From an uncultured archaeon (GTDB lineage: Archaea; Asgardarchaeota; Heimdallarchaeia; Heimdallarchaeales; Kariarchaeaceae), in the NCBI GenBank assembly GCA_964645535.1, contig CAZYCQ010000014.1, positions 1 to 54,986 on the forward strand: a stretch of DNA of 54,986 nt. Direction: 5' to 3'. The notes beneath the pieces were generated by a model. It saw only the letters and a program-made list of their open reading frames with translations. It did no database searches and had not been told where the DNA came from. Made by a program: the position numbers and the translations under genes. This document shows positions 39,001-48,351 of the stretch, in pieces (position 1 is the stretch's first letter; each line of letters starts with the position of its first letter).

Positions 39001-39735
39001 TTAAGAGCCGTACTGAATTGCTTCCCGCAACAGGCTGTTGAAAGGATATGCCTTCTGGCAAAGTGAAACCACAATATCTGCAAAATTATCGGAAAGAAGA
39101 ATTAAGGGGTCAAGTTCCTTCATGAAATAGAACTGCTTGTTAGCAACTTCGGGAATTCGATCAGCAATAATTCGAAGTTCTTTTGGGAGTCGTTTCAATC
39201 TATCCCCCCTGATCTCCCCAAATGTTTCATGAAATTCGGAGTCATACACGATAGATTCAAATTTATCTGGCTGGTCGACAATAAACCTGCGGATTGAGCG
39301 AAGCCTCTTTGAATTGGTGAAGTATACGCCACCTCCAACATAAACCTCAAATGGGGATACATGCACATAATATCCCGCAAAATCTTCCTCTTTACGTTTG
39401 TTCCTGGAAATAGATGCAGCCATATGGGTCTTGTATGGAGTTTTGTCCTTGGTAAAACGGATATCCCTATTGATACGGAAAATTGATGCCTTGGGAGAAA
39501 TATGAATCTCAGGATCAAATTCAGAAACTTTCAGAATAATTTCCTTGATGAAATCCTCAAATGGTTTCTTGACAAATTTCTGGTATCGGGATCTGTTCTC
39601 ACCAAACCATGTCTTGGAGTTATTGAATCTCAAATCATCGAAAAAATCAATGTAATCTTGTGTAAAATAACCCACAATTTTATCAGAAAGCTCAACTTTT
39701 GAATGATACGAAATGGGAAATATTGCCTTTTGCAC
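39001..39735 (-). CDS. DUF2461 family protein
   Basis: NNSKTWF-x2-NR-x2-Y, IFRINRDIRFTKDKTPYKTH, GYYVH, GGG. Start position uncertain. Confidence 0.88.
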   Translation of the reverse strand: MQKAIFPISYHSKVELSDKIVGYFTQDYIDFFDDLRFNNSKTWFGENRSRYQKFVKKPFEDFIKEIILKVSEFDPEIHISPKASIFRINRDIRFTKDKTPYKTHMAASISRNKRKEEDFAGYYVHVSPFEVYVGGGVYFTNSKRLRSIRRFIVDQPDKFESIVYDSEFHETFGEIRGDRLKRLPKELRIIADRIPEVANKQFYFMKELDPLILLSDNFADIVVSLCQKAYPFNSLLREAIQYGS

Positions 39736-39756
39736 CAGTACCGATAAAGGGATGCT

Positions 39757-40884
39757 TCATTTGGTTTCAATGGGTTCAGCTATGAAAAAATGATCTCGTG
39801 GAATTTCTTGGCCATTCCAAAAGGGATAGAAGGTTGTCGTGAAAAGCTGAATGAATTCGTCCATGGTTTGGGGAAAATTTTCCATCAATCTTTTTAAGAA
39901 AATCTTGCCGCAAAATCTAGCGATGGATGTACCATAGCCATCCAAACTGGTAACTAAAAGGAAATCATTTTTTTCAATGAAAATGACCATATCGTAATCA
40001 AAAGCAAAGGTACCGCCTTTACTGATTTCATGGGTCACCATTGATTGAACGACAGAATCTGCAGCCAACATGGCCATTCCGGTCATCCGTAGCCAATCAT
40101 GCTCACCAGTCCTTTGGTATCCCCCTATAACCAAATGTCTTTCCCGATGCATTACCACCAAAAGATGGATGTTCCCAAGAATTGGATAACCAAGATAATT
40201 GAACAGGTAGATAAACGATTCAATCAAAAAAGCAAGAAGAAAGGGAAAAAACAAGAAATTCATTGGAGTTTGAGGAATGTGTACAATCCTAGTTGCAAAA
40301 ACAAAGACAGGTCCAATGAAAAAGATGATTGAAGCAAGTAAATGATATTTTGACAATTGCTGGGAAGACTTGTTGAATTGGAAGATGGCAAGAGACAATC
40401 CTGTCAAGCCAATCACATTAAAGAACATCAGCCCTCCAATAAAAATCATCCCAGAATAGAGAGGCAGATAGAATATTGGATTTGCAGCATTTTTGTCCAA
40501 TTGTACACCTACAATCATTGCTCCACCCGAAAACCCCATGATCATCATAAGAAAGGCAAGCTGCCATTCTGGTAAATCTTTCAAAAGCAATAGTTGTAGA
40601 TTGAAGGAAATGATTGCAAGCATGGCAAAGATAAAAGTGATTTTCAGAAGAAGAAGAGAATATGGCACAGGAATTGGGACAATGCTTGTATCAATAAAAA
40701 TCAGGTTTTCATAAATCATGACAGGTTGAGCAAGAATGATGGACAGAAACAGAAATCCCCTGCTTAGATCGACAACACCTTTTAGGAGGGAATTGAGGAA
40801 TTTTCCAACCATAAATGGAAGCAACAGCAAAACTAGGACATTCAACGCTACAATCGACAAACCTAATGACAATCCAATGTCCAC
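39757..40884 (-). CDS. 7-TM membrane protein with C-terminal longin/roadblock-like domain (paralog of 16282-17421)
   Basis: Shared motifs with the paralog (PVMIYE, LLKITF, NLQ, PIFY-x-PL, VIGGY, DS, FYPF). Confidence 0.65.
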   Translation of the reverse strand: MDIGLSLGLSIVALNVLVLLLLPFMVGKFLNSLLKGVVDLSRGFLFLSIILAQPVMIYENLIFIDTSIVPIPVPYSLLLLKITFIFAMLAIISFNLQLLLLKDLPEWQLAFLMMIMGFSGGAMIVGVQLDKNAANPIFYLPLYSGMIFIGGLMFFNVIGLTGLSLAIFQFNKSSQQLSKYHLLASIIFFIGPVFVFATRIVHIPQTPMNFLFFPFLLAFLIESFIYLFNYLGYPILGNIHLLVVMHRERHLVIGGYQRTGEHDWLRMTGMAMLAADSVVQSMVTHEISKGGTFAFDYDMVIFIEKNDFLLVTSLDGYGTSIARFCGKIFLKRLMENFPQTMDEFIQLFTTTFYPFWNGQEIPRDHFFIAEPIETK

Positions 40885-41017
40885 ATCAAATCTAATATTT
40901 GGTATTTTTTATATGTTGAGAATCTTTTTTTCTTTGCAAATTATTTGTCTGCTTTCATCAATAGCTATCCTCATTTTCTTAGTTAACCTTCATAAGTGGC
41001 AGATTTAAGAAAAAGAT

Positions 41018-41404
41018 GTGGTCACATCTAAAGAGGCAGAGGAAAAGGCCATCAGAAACCAAATGTTGTTGGATATAGTTAGAAAAATCCCTGAATCAGA
41101 AATTAAAATTTTCACTGAAAACTTGAAAGGTCTTTCAAGTTGTGATGTTGAGAGGGGAACTGAACAATATTGGCTTTCTTCAGGAAAAGAAAGGTTCGAA
41201 CGATTGTGGAGAATTTATTCGATTATTTTGGATCTTGTCGACAAATTGAAAACAGATCAGCAGGAAGCGATTGGTGCATTTCGCATTAGGCAGAAAGAAT
41301 GCATGGGAACCGCGAATTTGAGTATTGGAAGGTTCAAGGACATCAACAGGCTCGTCACAAGGCTTAAACCTATGATGAATGATAAGGAGGACCAAAACCA
41401 TTAA
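41018..41404 (+). CDS. Hypothetical protein
   Basis: 128-aa ORF filling the gap between opposite-strand genes; no recognisable motif. Confidence 0.45.
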   Translation: MVTSKEAEEKAIRNQMLLDIVRKIPESEIKIFTENLKGLSSCDVERGTEQYWLSSGKERFERLWRIYSIILDLVDKLKTDQQEAIGAFRIRQKECMGTANLSIGRFKDINRLVTRLKPMMNDKEDQNH

Positions 41405-42101
41405 AGAACTGTGAAGTTTCTTTATCAACGACAAAGGTATAAAGGATGAATGAGGAGGTGACTAGGAACAATATGCCCATCGGATCAAATGAGGCAGATG
41501 AAATGATGAAGAGAAGAGTGAAGGAAACCACCAATCCATGATAGAAGGCTATAAGAATTCTTGCACCCGCAGACCGATACTGGATTTGGCGTGTGAGATA
41601 GGCGACTAAAAGTCCCATGACTGCAAGAAATGCGAAAATCACAAATAATCCCGGAGGAATATCATCACCCGAAAATAAAGAAAATATTGTCGCAATCGTA
41701 TAAACAAGAAGAATAAGACCCACAAACACAATGATGATCATTATATATTGGATAACCATGGCAATTTTCAGCATTCGAGGAAGGCTTTGGAATGAAACGA
41801 AATTAGCGTTCCTTGTTGGCAATTGTTGTGCCGGAAAAGAGGTTTGATACAGCATGGGATTTGCGGAAGGAGATATTTGAGGATCACCACTTGCGGGAGG
41901 AGAAAATGCAGGGGGTTTTGGGGGGGAATCATTTACAGGAGAGGAAGACTCATACCCCTCTCCCACGTTGGGAGGTCCAATTTTGGGTTCAGAATTTGGG
42001 ACTGTGGAAGGTTGGTGATTGACTTTTGATCCGCAATGGGGACAAAAACGATCTGCAGGAGAGAGCTTGCCACCACAATTTGTGCAATAGGTTGAGTCCA
42101 T
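41370..42101 (-). CDS. Zinc-ribbon domain membrane protein
   Basis: CTNCG...FCPHCG, a Pro-rich linker, then 4 TM helices. GGAG SD supports a start at 42101. Confidence 0.8.
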   Translation of the reverse strand: MDSTYCTNCGGKLSPADRFCPHCGSKVNHQPSTVPNSEPKIGPPNVGEGYESSSPVNDSPPKPPAFSPPASGDPQISPSANPMLYQTSFPAQQLPTRNANFVSFQSLPRMLKIAMVIQYIMIIIVFVGLILLVYTIATIFSLFSGDDIPPGLFVIFAFLAVMGLLVAYLTRQIQYRSAGARILIAFYHGLVVSFTLLFIISSASFDPMGILFLVTSSFILYTFVVDKETSQFFNGFGPPYHSS

Positions 42102-42201
42102 AACTCCAAATCCCTCGAGCAAATAAATTGATTTCGTTTTCAAGCATAAATCAGTATTCAGGGTTCCCATTTGAATAGGAAACATTTCGTTGAAATAATG
42201 A

Positions 42202-42681
42202 TCAATACAGACGCCTAGCATCATAAAGAAGAAGAACAATGAATATGAGATTTGATCCAATTATATAAAAAAGCCAAACCAGCGATGAATATTGCCTCCA
42301 ATAAATGAAAATGGCAGCAAAGATTGAAAATAATGCGTGGTACGCATATAAAAGAATCCTAGGTACTTGGGTTCCCGCAACTTTTACGTGATCCTTTAAG
42401 GAACCCAATCGTACAGGATTTCCATCAATGTAATATTTTCCATCGACCTGTTTTTTGACCAAATTGGCATCTACCAGCCTATTGAGATGGTACAACCCCA
42501 TTGATGGGGAGGAGAGACCAAGAGATCGTTGAATCTCCCTAGGACCAACGGCCTCATTTTTTTCTGCAAGAAAGTAATATACACGAAGGGTGGTGCCTTT
42601 CAAATCCTCAATTTTGATTTGACTAGACATATCTTGAGTTGGGAGAGGGTATGGAGAGATATCCAGTTCATTGTCTTTCAT
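42202..42681 (-). CDS. Membrane-tethered winged-helix regulator
   Basis: GTTLRVYYFL...GPREIQRSLGLSSPS-x3-YHLNRL...GKYY plus two C-terminal TM helices. Confidence 0.8.
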   Translation of the reverse strand: MKDNELDISPYPLPTQDMSSQIKIEDLKGTTLRVYYFLAEKNEAVGPREIQRSLGLSSPSMGLYHLNRLVDANLVKKQVDGKYYIDGNPVRLGSLKDHVKVAGTQVPRILLYAYHALFSIFAAIFIYWRQYSSLVWLFYIIGSNLIFIVLLLYDARRLY

Positions 42682-43417
42682 AGATCAATGACCTCATCAG
42701 AAAAGTGGAAAAAGTAGATGTTGTATTCCCCATGAAACGATTGACTCGGATTATATGTGGCTACCGCCATTAGGTCGACTCCGCCTTCACGATAGTTAAA
42801 TCCGAGTATCCGCCGAAAACCCCAACCAGGGAGAGATGAAGGGATTTCCGTAGAAGTTGGATAATATCTCTCAAATTCAGAACGAGAGCCAAGAATCGTG
42901 AGCACTTCAGTAACCTCAAATTTAAGATTGAACCAGATGACTGTAAGGGATTTTCTGCCCCCTGAAATTACCCTACCGTCAAAATTTCTCCGACGGACAG
43001 ATAAACCCATCCATCTTGCAGAGCGATAATTTTAAACCAATACAAATTGGTTTGATAATGTTCGTTGGAAGCAGTTGTCCTTACTTTGAATAAGGGGATA
43101 ATTTGAAGTGATTTCTCTACAAAGTCAAAAGTGCCAAGAAAGTATTCAAAGGTATCATTTTCATTTATGATGGAATTTCCTTCTGAATCCTGTGTTTGCA
43201 AGGAATCTTCACTATGATGCAATGCAATGAAATAGGCTTTCGAACCTGAGAAGTAGATTGTGTTCTGTAATATCGATAAATTCGTTTTACCCGACGATTG
43301 GAGATTCTCCTCATAAACAGGAACTTCGGTTAGGATGGCTGAAAATAGAAGGATGTTAATAATTGTCAAGGTAAGCAATGACCTCACTGATGGAAAAAAG
43401 ATTGTTAACGATTTCAT
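42678..43417 (-). pseudogene. Probable frameshifted gene for a membrane-anchored/secreted protein (ORFs 42968-43417 and 42678-43010)
   Basis: Two overlapping ORFs in different frames. The first has an N-terminal signal/TM; the second lacks a convincing start and ends in an ATGA overlap with the next gene. Confidence 0.5.
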
Positions 43418-43490
43418 CCAGATAACCTATTGTGAAAGGAAGATTTTTAATCTACAAATTAGAACAGGGTGTTCTATTTTCTTAAACAGC

Positions 43491-44066
43491 TCATGATATT
43501 ATCCTTCTACCATCTAGAAATTTTTTGACATGGTTTTCAATATCCAATGGAGGAACATCCATTGCAGATTGCAAATTGCCGAGAAGCAATGTAAAAATAA
43601 TGGGGCTGAACAGGGATCCTACAGCATGCAACGGGTGTTCTTTTTTTAGTTTCCCTTGTTGCTGATATTTTGCGATGACTTGACCGAATTTTTGGAACAT
43701 TCGTGAGGGAGCCATGAATAGGGTTTGCAATTCAGGAGTTTTCGAACCCTCACTAATTATTACTGTGACAAAGTCCCCTATTTCCTTGATCGCATCATAA
43801 TAGGCCTTAACCATCCTATGGAGGTCCGTTTCAAGGTCACCCGTGAATTTTGCTGCTTCATAAAGCCCAAGATGCCCAATAACGAATTCAATGGACTGTT
43901 TAACCAAATTCACCTTGGTATCGAACTTTCTGAAAAGGGTCACTTCACTAATTCCTGCATTTTCCGCGATCTGGCGAGTTGTAGCACCAGAGTAACCTCG
44001 TTCTGCAATTGTCCTAATCACTGCCAAATAGATTTGCTCATCATCAAGGATTTTTGGCATTCCCAC
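43491..44066 (-). CDS. TetR/AcrR family transcriptional regulator
   Basis: AERGYSGATTRQIAENAGISEVTLFRKFDTK. Confidence 0.92.
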   Translation of the reverse strand: MGMPKILDDEQIYLAVIRTIAERGYSGATTRQIAENAGISEVTLFRKFDTKVNLVKQSIEFVIGHLGLYEAAKFTGDLETDLHRMVKAYYDAIKEIGDFVTVIISEGSKTPELQTLFMAPSRMFQKFGQVIAKYQQQGKLKKEHPLHAVGSLFSPIIFTLLLGNLQSAMDVPPLDIENHVKKFLDGRRIIS

Positions 44067-44191
44067 CCATTATAGGTCAGTGAGGTAATATGTCCTTTGA
44101 TTTTGCTACGCATAAAAATTCAGCTGAGAAGAAACCTTTGCCAAATCGATTTGATGAAATGATTGAATTCCCTTTGGAAGGGTAGGAAGGG

Positions 44192-44224
44192 TTTTATATT
44201 TATTGTTAGTGATTACTTACAATA
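44192..44224 (+). promoter_or_regulatory. TATA box plus adjacent 24-bp imperfect palindrome (probable TetR operator)
   Basis: TTTTATAT (44192-44199), then TATTGTTAGTGATTACTTACAATA (44201-44224), which matches its reverse complement at 20/24 positions; followed by AGGAG and ATG 44235. Confidence 0.65.
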
Positions 44225-44234
44225 GGAGAACAAT

Positions 44235-44912
44235 ATGTCACTCGTTGCTGTTTTGGTTGAAGCTTTAATCCTTGCATCTTCAGGACTGATTTCAGTAGGC
44301 TCAATCCTTATCGTAATTCTTCTACTCATCTCAGAGAGAGGATTGAAGAATGGGATTGGGTATGTAGCTGGTTACATTTTCGGATATTCTCTGATCTCAA
44401 CTGGGATGATTCTTCTTCAACAGCGTACGGCAAATCAAGGCGGATCAAGTAGTAATATGACATTCAACTATATTTCGATATTTTTTGGATTGGTATTACT
44501 CTATTTGGCTTTCAAAAATTTCAGGAAACAACCGGATCTCGAGAAGAAAGAAGATCCAAAATTGTTTCGAATACTAGACGGAATTACACCTGTTAAGGCA
44601 TTTTCTTTGGGATTGGTTGTGACAATACTGAATTTCAAGAATTTGGCCCTTTTTCTGACATCGATCTCTGTTGTAGCCTTTAGCGGATTGTCAATTTCGG
44701 AGAAGATTTTCGCGGCTGTTCTCGTTATCATAGTGTTCACTATCTCCGTAATGACACCGGTCTTCATCTACCTACTCTTCCCTACTCGGGGAAGGGAGAT
44801 TTTAGAAACGATCAGAGATGCTCTTAAGCGACATAGTCGACCCATTTCCATATGGGGACCATTAATTTTTGGTGTAATCCTATTGTTCAGAGGAGGAATG
44901 GCAATATTATGA
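44235..44912 (+). CDS. Gap/Sap family (LysE-superfamily) membrane protein
   Basis: About 6 TM; ILIVILLLIS-x-RG-x2-NG-x2-Y-x2-G and LNFKNLAL resemble the Gap/Sap family pattern. Confidence 0.7.
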   Translation: MSLVAVLVEALILASSGLISVGSILIVILLLISERGLKNGIGYVAGYIFGYSLISTGMILLQQRTANQGGSSSNMTFNYISIFFGLVLLYLAFKNFRKQPDLEKKEDPKLFRILDGITPVKAFSLGLVVTILNFKNLALFLTSISVVAFSGLSISEKIFAAVLVIIVFTISVMTPVFIYLLFPTRGREILETIRDALKRHSRPISIWGPLIFGVILLFRGGMAIL

Positions 44913-47569
44913 AAAAAGAAAAACTTGTTTTGAAATTTAGTGAAGTTGATGCTTCAGACCTACCCTTGGTGGGAGGAAAAGGTGCCAATTTAGGAGAGAT
45001 GACTCAGGCACGATTCCCCGTTCCACAGGGGTTCTGTGTTACAACAAAAGCATATGAGTTGTTTATTTCCCAAAATGGCATTGGAGATGAGGTGAATGAC
45101 CTTCTCAAGGGTATTTCCACATCAACCCTTGATGAAATCAGGACAGTGGGTGAAAAGATAAGACAAAAGCTGACGGAACTACCCATGCCAGAAAAGATCA
45201 AGAACGAGGTTAAGAGGTATTGGGAAGAATTGGGAGTGGAAAAGCCCTTAGCAGTGAGGTCGAGTGCAACTGCAGAGGATCTCCCTGACGCATCTTTTGC
45301 TGGACAACAGGAAAGCTATCTCAATATTCTCGGATTTGACCAATTGATGGATGCCATCAAAAAATGCTGGATTTCACTTTTTACAGATAGGGCCATAGCC
45401 TATAGAATTACCAACAATTTTGACCATAGGGAAGTAAAGTTGTCTGTGGTAGTCCAAGAGATGGTCATGGCGGAGAAATCGGGCATCCTTTTTACGGCAG
45501 ATCCCTTAACCGGTCATCGTCTAACCTTGACAATTGATGCAAGCTATGGTTTGGGCGAAGCTCTTGTCAGCGGGATTGTTGAACCAGATACATACCGGAT
45601 CGATAAACGAGATCTGAAGATTGTGGATCAAATAATCGGGAAGAAGGAAATTGCAATTTTCCCCACCAAAGAAGGTGGTACGGAACAGAAATTTCTGGAC
45701 AAGGAGTTAAGTCGAAAACCCGTTTTGAATAAAGAAGAAATCAAGGAACTTGCAGAACTCGGAAAGAAAGTTGAAAAGCATTATGGGACACCTCAAGACA
45801 TCGAGTGGGCGATTATGGACAAGAAACTCTATTTATTGCAGACACGTCCCATCACCTCCCTTTATCCAATCGAAGGACTGCAAAGGCCAGATGGAAGATT
45901 CAGTATCTTCTTCAGCATGGGACATCAGCAGGGAATGACAAGACCAATGACTCCATTAAGCATTTCTGCAATTAGGGTTCTTGCACCGATTGGAGATCAA
46001 CAAGAGAGTGAATACATCCGAGTAGCCGGGAGCAGACCTTACGCAGACATAACACTACCACTCAAACATAGACTCATGCGGAGGGTGGTGATGAGAGTTG
46101 TATACCAATTTGATGTTTTAGCACCCGAAGCATTAAAGCAACTAATGAAGAGGAAGGAATTCAAGAAGGTAAAGGGGAAAAGGGTTCCGCTCAGAAATTA
46201 TAGGTTCATTTTCAGAAATATTAGGAGAGTATTTTTCGCCCTTTGGTTTAGGGATCTCACGGGAATAGTTTCGAGAACCAATAATCTTTGCGATCATTTT
46301 GTACAACAAATTTCAGATGACTTGAATGGAATTCCACCGACGAAGGAGAAAATAGAGGCAATTACCAGAATCCTCCCCTCTATACCAGAAATTTTCCTCA
46401 ATTGGGTACCAGAAGCGGCTGCCGGAATTGCAGCTACGCGATTGCTTGAAAAATGGGCGAAGAAATGGCTGGATGAGGAACATGTAGAGGCACTGACATT
46501 AGGAATTCCAGGCAACGTTGTCAACGAGATGAATATGGCAATTAGCGACCTTGCATCGATCGCGAGAAAAAACCCACAGCTAGTTAAGGCGTTCGATCGA
46601 TTAGAAGATGACGCAATTTCATGGCTTAATGAAGCAAGGAAAATTGACGGCACTGCCGAGTTCTTTGAGGCATGGGATAGTTTTATTGAATTCTACGGAT
46701 GCAGAGGTCCATCTGAAATTGACATCGCGCAACCTCGCTGGTATGAAAACCCTCTGCCTGTGTTGAAGGTAATCCATGAACACATCCTGAGAGAGGAGAT
46801 CAGTCAAAGAGACCGATATGAAGAATACGTCCGAAATAGAGAGGAAGCTTACCGAATGCTGATGGAAAAGGCTCGAAAGGGGATTTTTGGTCGGATGCGA
46901 ACAAGAAGGTTCCGAAGAATGTATCATGTAATGACGGAAGCCGGAGGTATGCGTGAACACCACAAGTTCCTAGTCATCCGTATTTTAAGAGTGTTCAAAG
47001 AACATTTCAAAGAAGTGGCCAAAGAGTTGGTAAGACAAGGGAAACTAGAACACGAAGAGGATATTTGGTTCCTTACTTGGCCAGACTTGCAAGAAATTTG
47101 GGAGAATGATGCAACTGATTGGAAATCAATTGTCACAGAAAGGAAAAAGGATTTCGAACGCCATCAGCATCTCAAGCCTCCACTGATAATAACCAGTGAC
47201 GGTGAAACCCCAGTTGTCCAGTTCAAGGTCAAAGATGCGCCGGAAGGGGCAATTTTGGGCAATCCAGTCTCTCCGGGAATTGTTGAAGGAACCGTGCATG
47301 TCATTCGTGATCCACACCAGGAAAGCTTAGCTCCAGGTGAAATATTAGTCGCAGAATTTACAGACCCAGGATGGACCCCTCTGTTCATCAACGCTAGCGG
47401 GCTGGTGCTGGAGGTTGGAGGAGCCTTGACACATGGTGCGGTTGTTGCAAGAGAGTATGGGATACCTGCAGTTGTGGGAGTGAGAAATGCGACAACCCTG
47501 CTCAAGACAGGCCAAAAGGTACGAATTGACGGGAACCGAGGGATTATTGAAATAATAGAACACGAATAA
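44909..47569 (+). CDS. Rifamycin-phosphotransferase-like PEP-synthase-family enzyme
   Basis: N-terminal ATP-grasp (VGGKGANLGE, AVRSSATAEDLPDASFAGQ, QDIEW, LQTRPIT); central domain with YGCRGPSEIDI-x2-PRW; C-terminal His swivel TDPGWTPLF...THGAVVAREYG. ATGA overlap gives a start at 44909. Confidence 0.88.
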   Translation: MKKEKLVLKFSEVDASDLPLVGGKGANLGEMTQARFPVPQGFCVTTKAYELFISQNGIGDEVNDLLKGISTSTLDEIRTVGEKIRQKLTELPMPEKIKNEVKRYWEELGVEKPLAVRSSATAEDLPDASFAGQQESYLNILGFDQLMDAIKKCWISLFTDRAIAYRITNNFDHREVKLSVVVQEMVMAEKSGILFTADPLTGHRLTLTIDASYGLGEALVSGIVEPDTYRIDKRDLKIVDQIIGKKEIAIFPTKEGGTEQKFLDKELSRKPVLNKEEIKELAELGKKVEKHYGTPQDIEWAIMDKKLYLLQTRPITSLYPIEGLQRPDGRFSIFFSMGHQQGMTRPMTPLSISAIRVLAPIGDQQESEYIRVAGSRPYADITLPLKHRLMRRVVMRVVYQFDVLAPEALKQLMKRKEFKKVKGKRVPLRNYRFIFRNIRRVFFALWFRDLTGIVSRTNNLCDHFVQQISDDLNGIPPTKEKIEAITRILPSIPEIFLNWVPEAAAGIAATRLLEKWAKKWLDEEHVEALTLGIPGNVVNEMNMAISDLASIARKNPQLVKAFDRLEDDAISWLNEARKIDGTAEFFEAWDSFIEFYGCRGPSEIDIAQPRWYENPLPVLKVIHEHILREEISQRDRYEEYVRNREEAYRMLMEKARKGIFGRMRTRRFRRMYHVMTEAGGMREHHKFLVIRILRVFKEHFKEVAKELVRQGKLEHEEDIWFLTWPDLQEIWENDATDWKSIVTERKKDFERHQHLKPPLIITSDGETPVVQFKVKDAPEGAILGNPVSPGIVEGTVHVIRDPHQESLAPGEILVAEFTDPGWTPLFINASGLVLEVGGALTHGAVVAREYGIPAVVGVRNATTLLKTGQKVRIDGNRGIIEIIEHE

Positions 47570-47889
47570 ACAATTGCGTTTAGCGGGACTTATACGCAAA
47601 AAATCACTTTTCCAGATGACCGACTTTGTTGGACTCATCCATTTTTTCACCGCCAAGACGTTTTCTCAGAAAGGGGTCTTTGGATGTGATGCGGTCCACT
47701 TCATGCAAATCATAGTGGGGAGGATTGCCATGTGCCGTATAACCTTTTCCGGGAGTGTCCAGTAATGTAATGATATTTGGTGGAATCGACATCACCCGCC
47801 TTTGTGTTTTTGTTGTACTTACCAGGAGCCATAAGCATATAATTTCGTATGAGTAAAAAAAAATTATTTTCAGAGGAGAGAAGTGAAGA

Positions 47890-48300
47890 TTAAACCATGG
47901 AATTGATTTCTAACCAATAGGAAAAAGTCGTTTTCAAAATACGGATCAATTCCCCAAATTCCAGTGGTTTGACAATATAGGAGTTGGCATAGTTCGAGAG
48001 GCAAAACTCGATGTCTTTTGGAGAGTTGGAGGTAGAAAATATCACAACAGGGATTTTCCGGAGATTGGGATCCTTTTTGATTTGAACAAGGATTTCCCTA
48101 CCATCAGTATCAGGAAGGTTAAGATCAAGAAGAAGGAGAGAAGGCAGTGGATTGCCTTGTGTGAGAAAAAGCATTGCATCCTTTCCCGTATCAAAAAATT
48201 CGAGATGGGCTGGAGAATCAAGATATTTGAAACTTTCTTTCAGAAGGTAGATGTCGTCTGGATTATCCTCGATGATCAAAATGACATCTTGGTGGGACAT
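47890..48300 (-). CDS. Single-domain response regulator (Rcp1-like)
   Basis: IIEDNPDD, LLDLNLP-x2-DG, IPVVIFSTS, ANSYIVKP. Confidence 0.93.
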   Translation of the reverse strand: MSHQDVILIIEDNPDDIYLLKESFKYLDSPAHLEFFDTGKDAMLFLTQGNPLPSLLLLDLNLPDTDGREILVQIKKDPNLRKIPVVIFSTSNSPKDIEFCLSNYANSYIVKPLEFGELIRILKTTFSYWLEINSMV

Positions 48301-48351
48301 TCAAAAGGAAAGGCATTTTGAACTATATAACCTTTCACCAAAAAGGAATAA

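Noticed and set aside
44909-47569. Housekeeping PEP synthase (ppsA)
   Set aside because: The His swivel domain is C-terminal and there is no pyruvate-binding TIM barrel; this is the RPH-type architecture.
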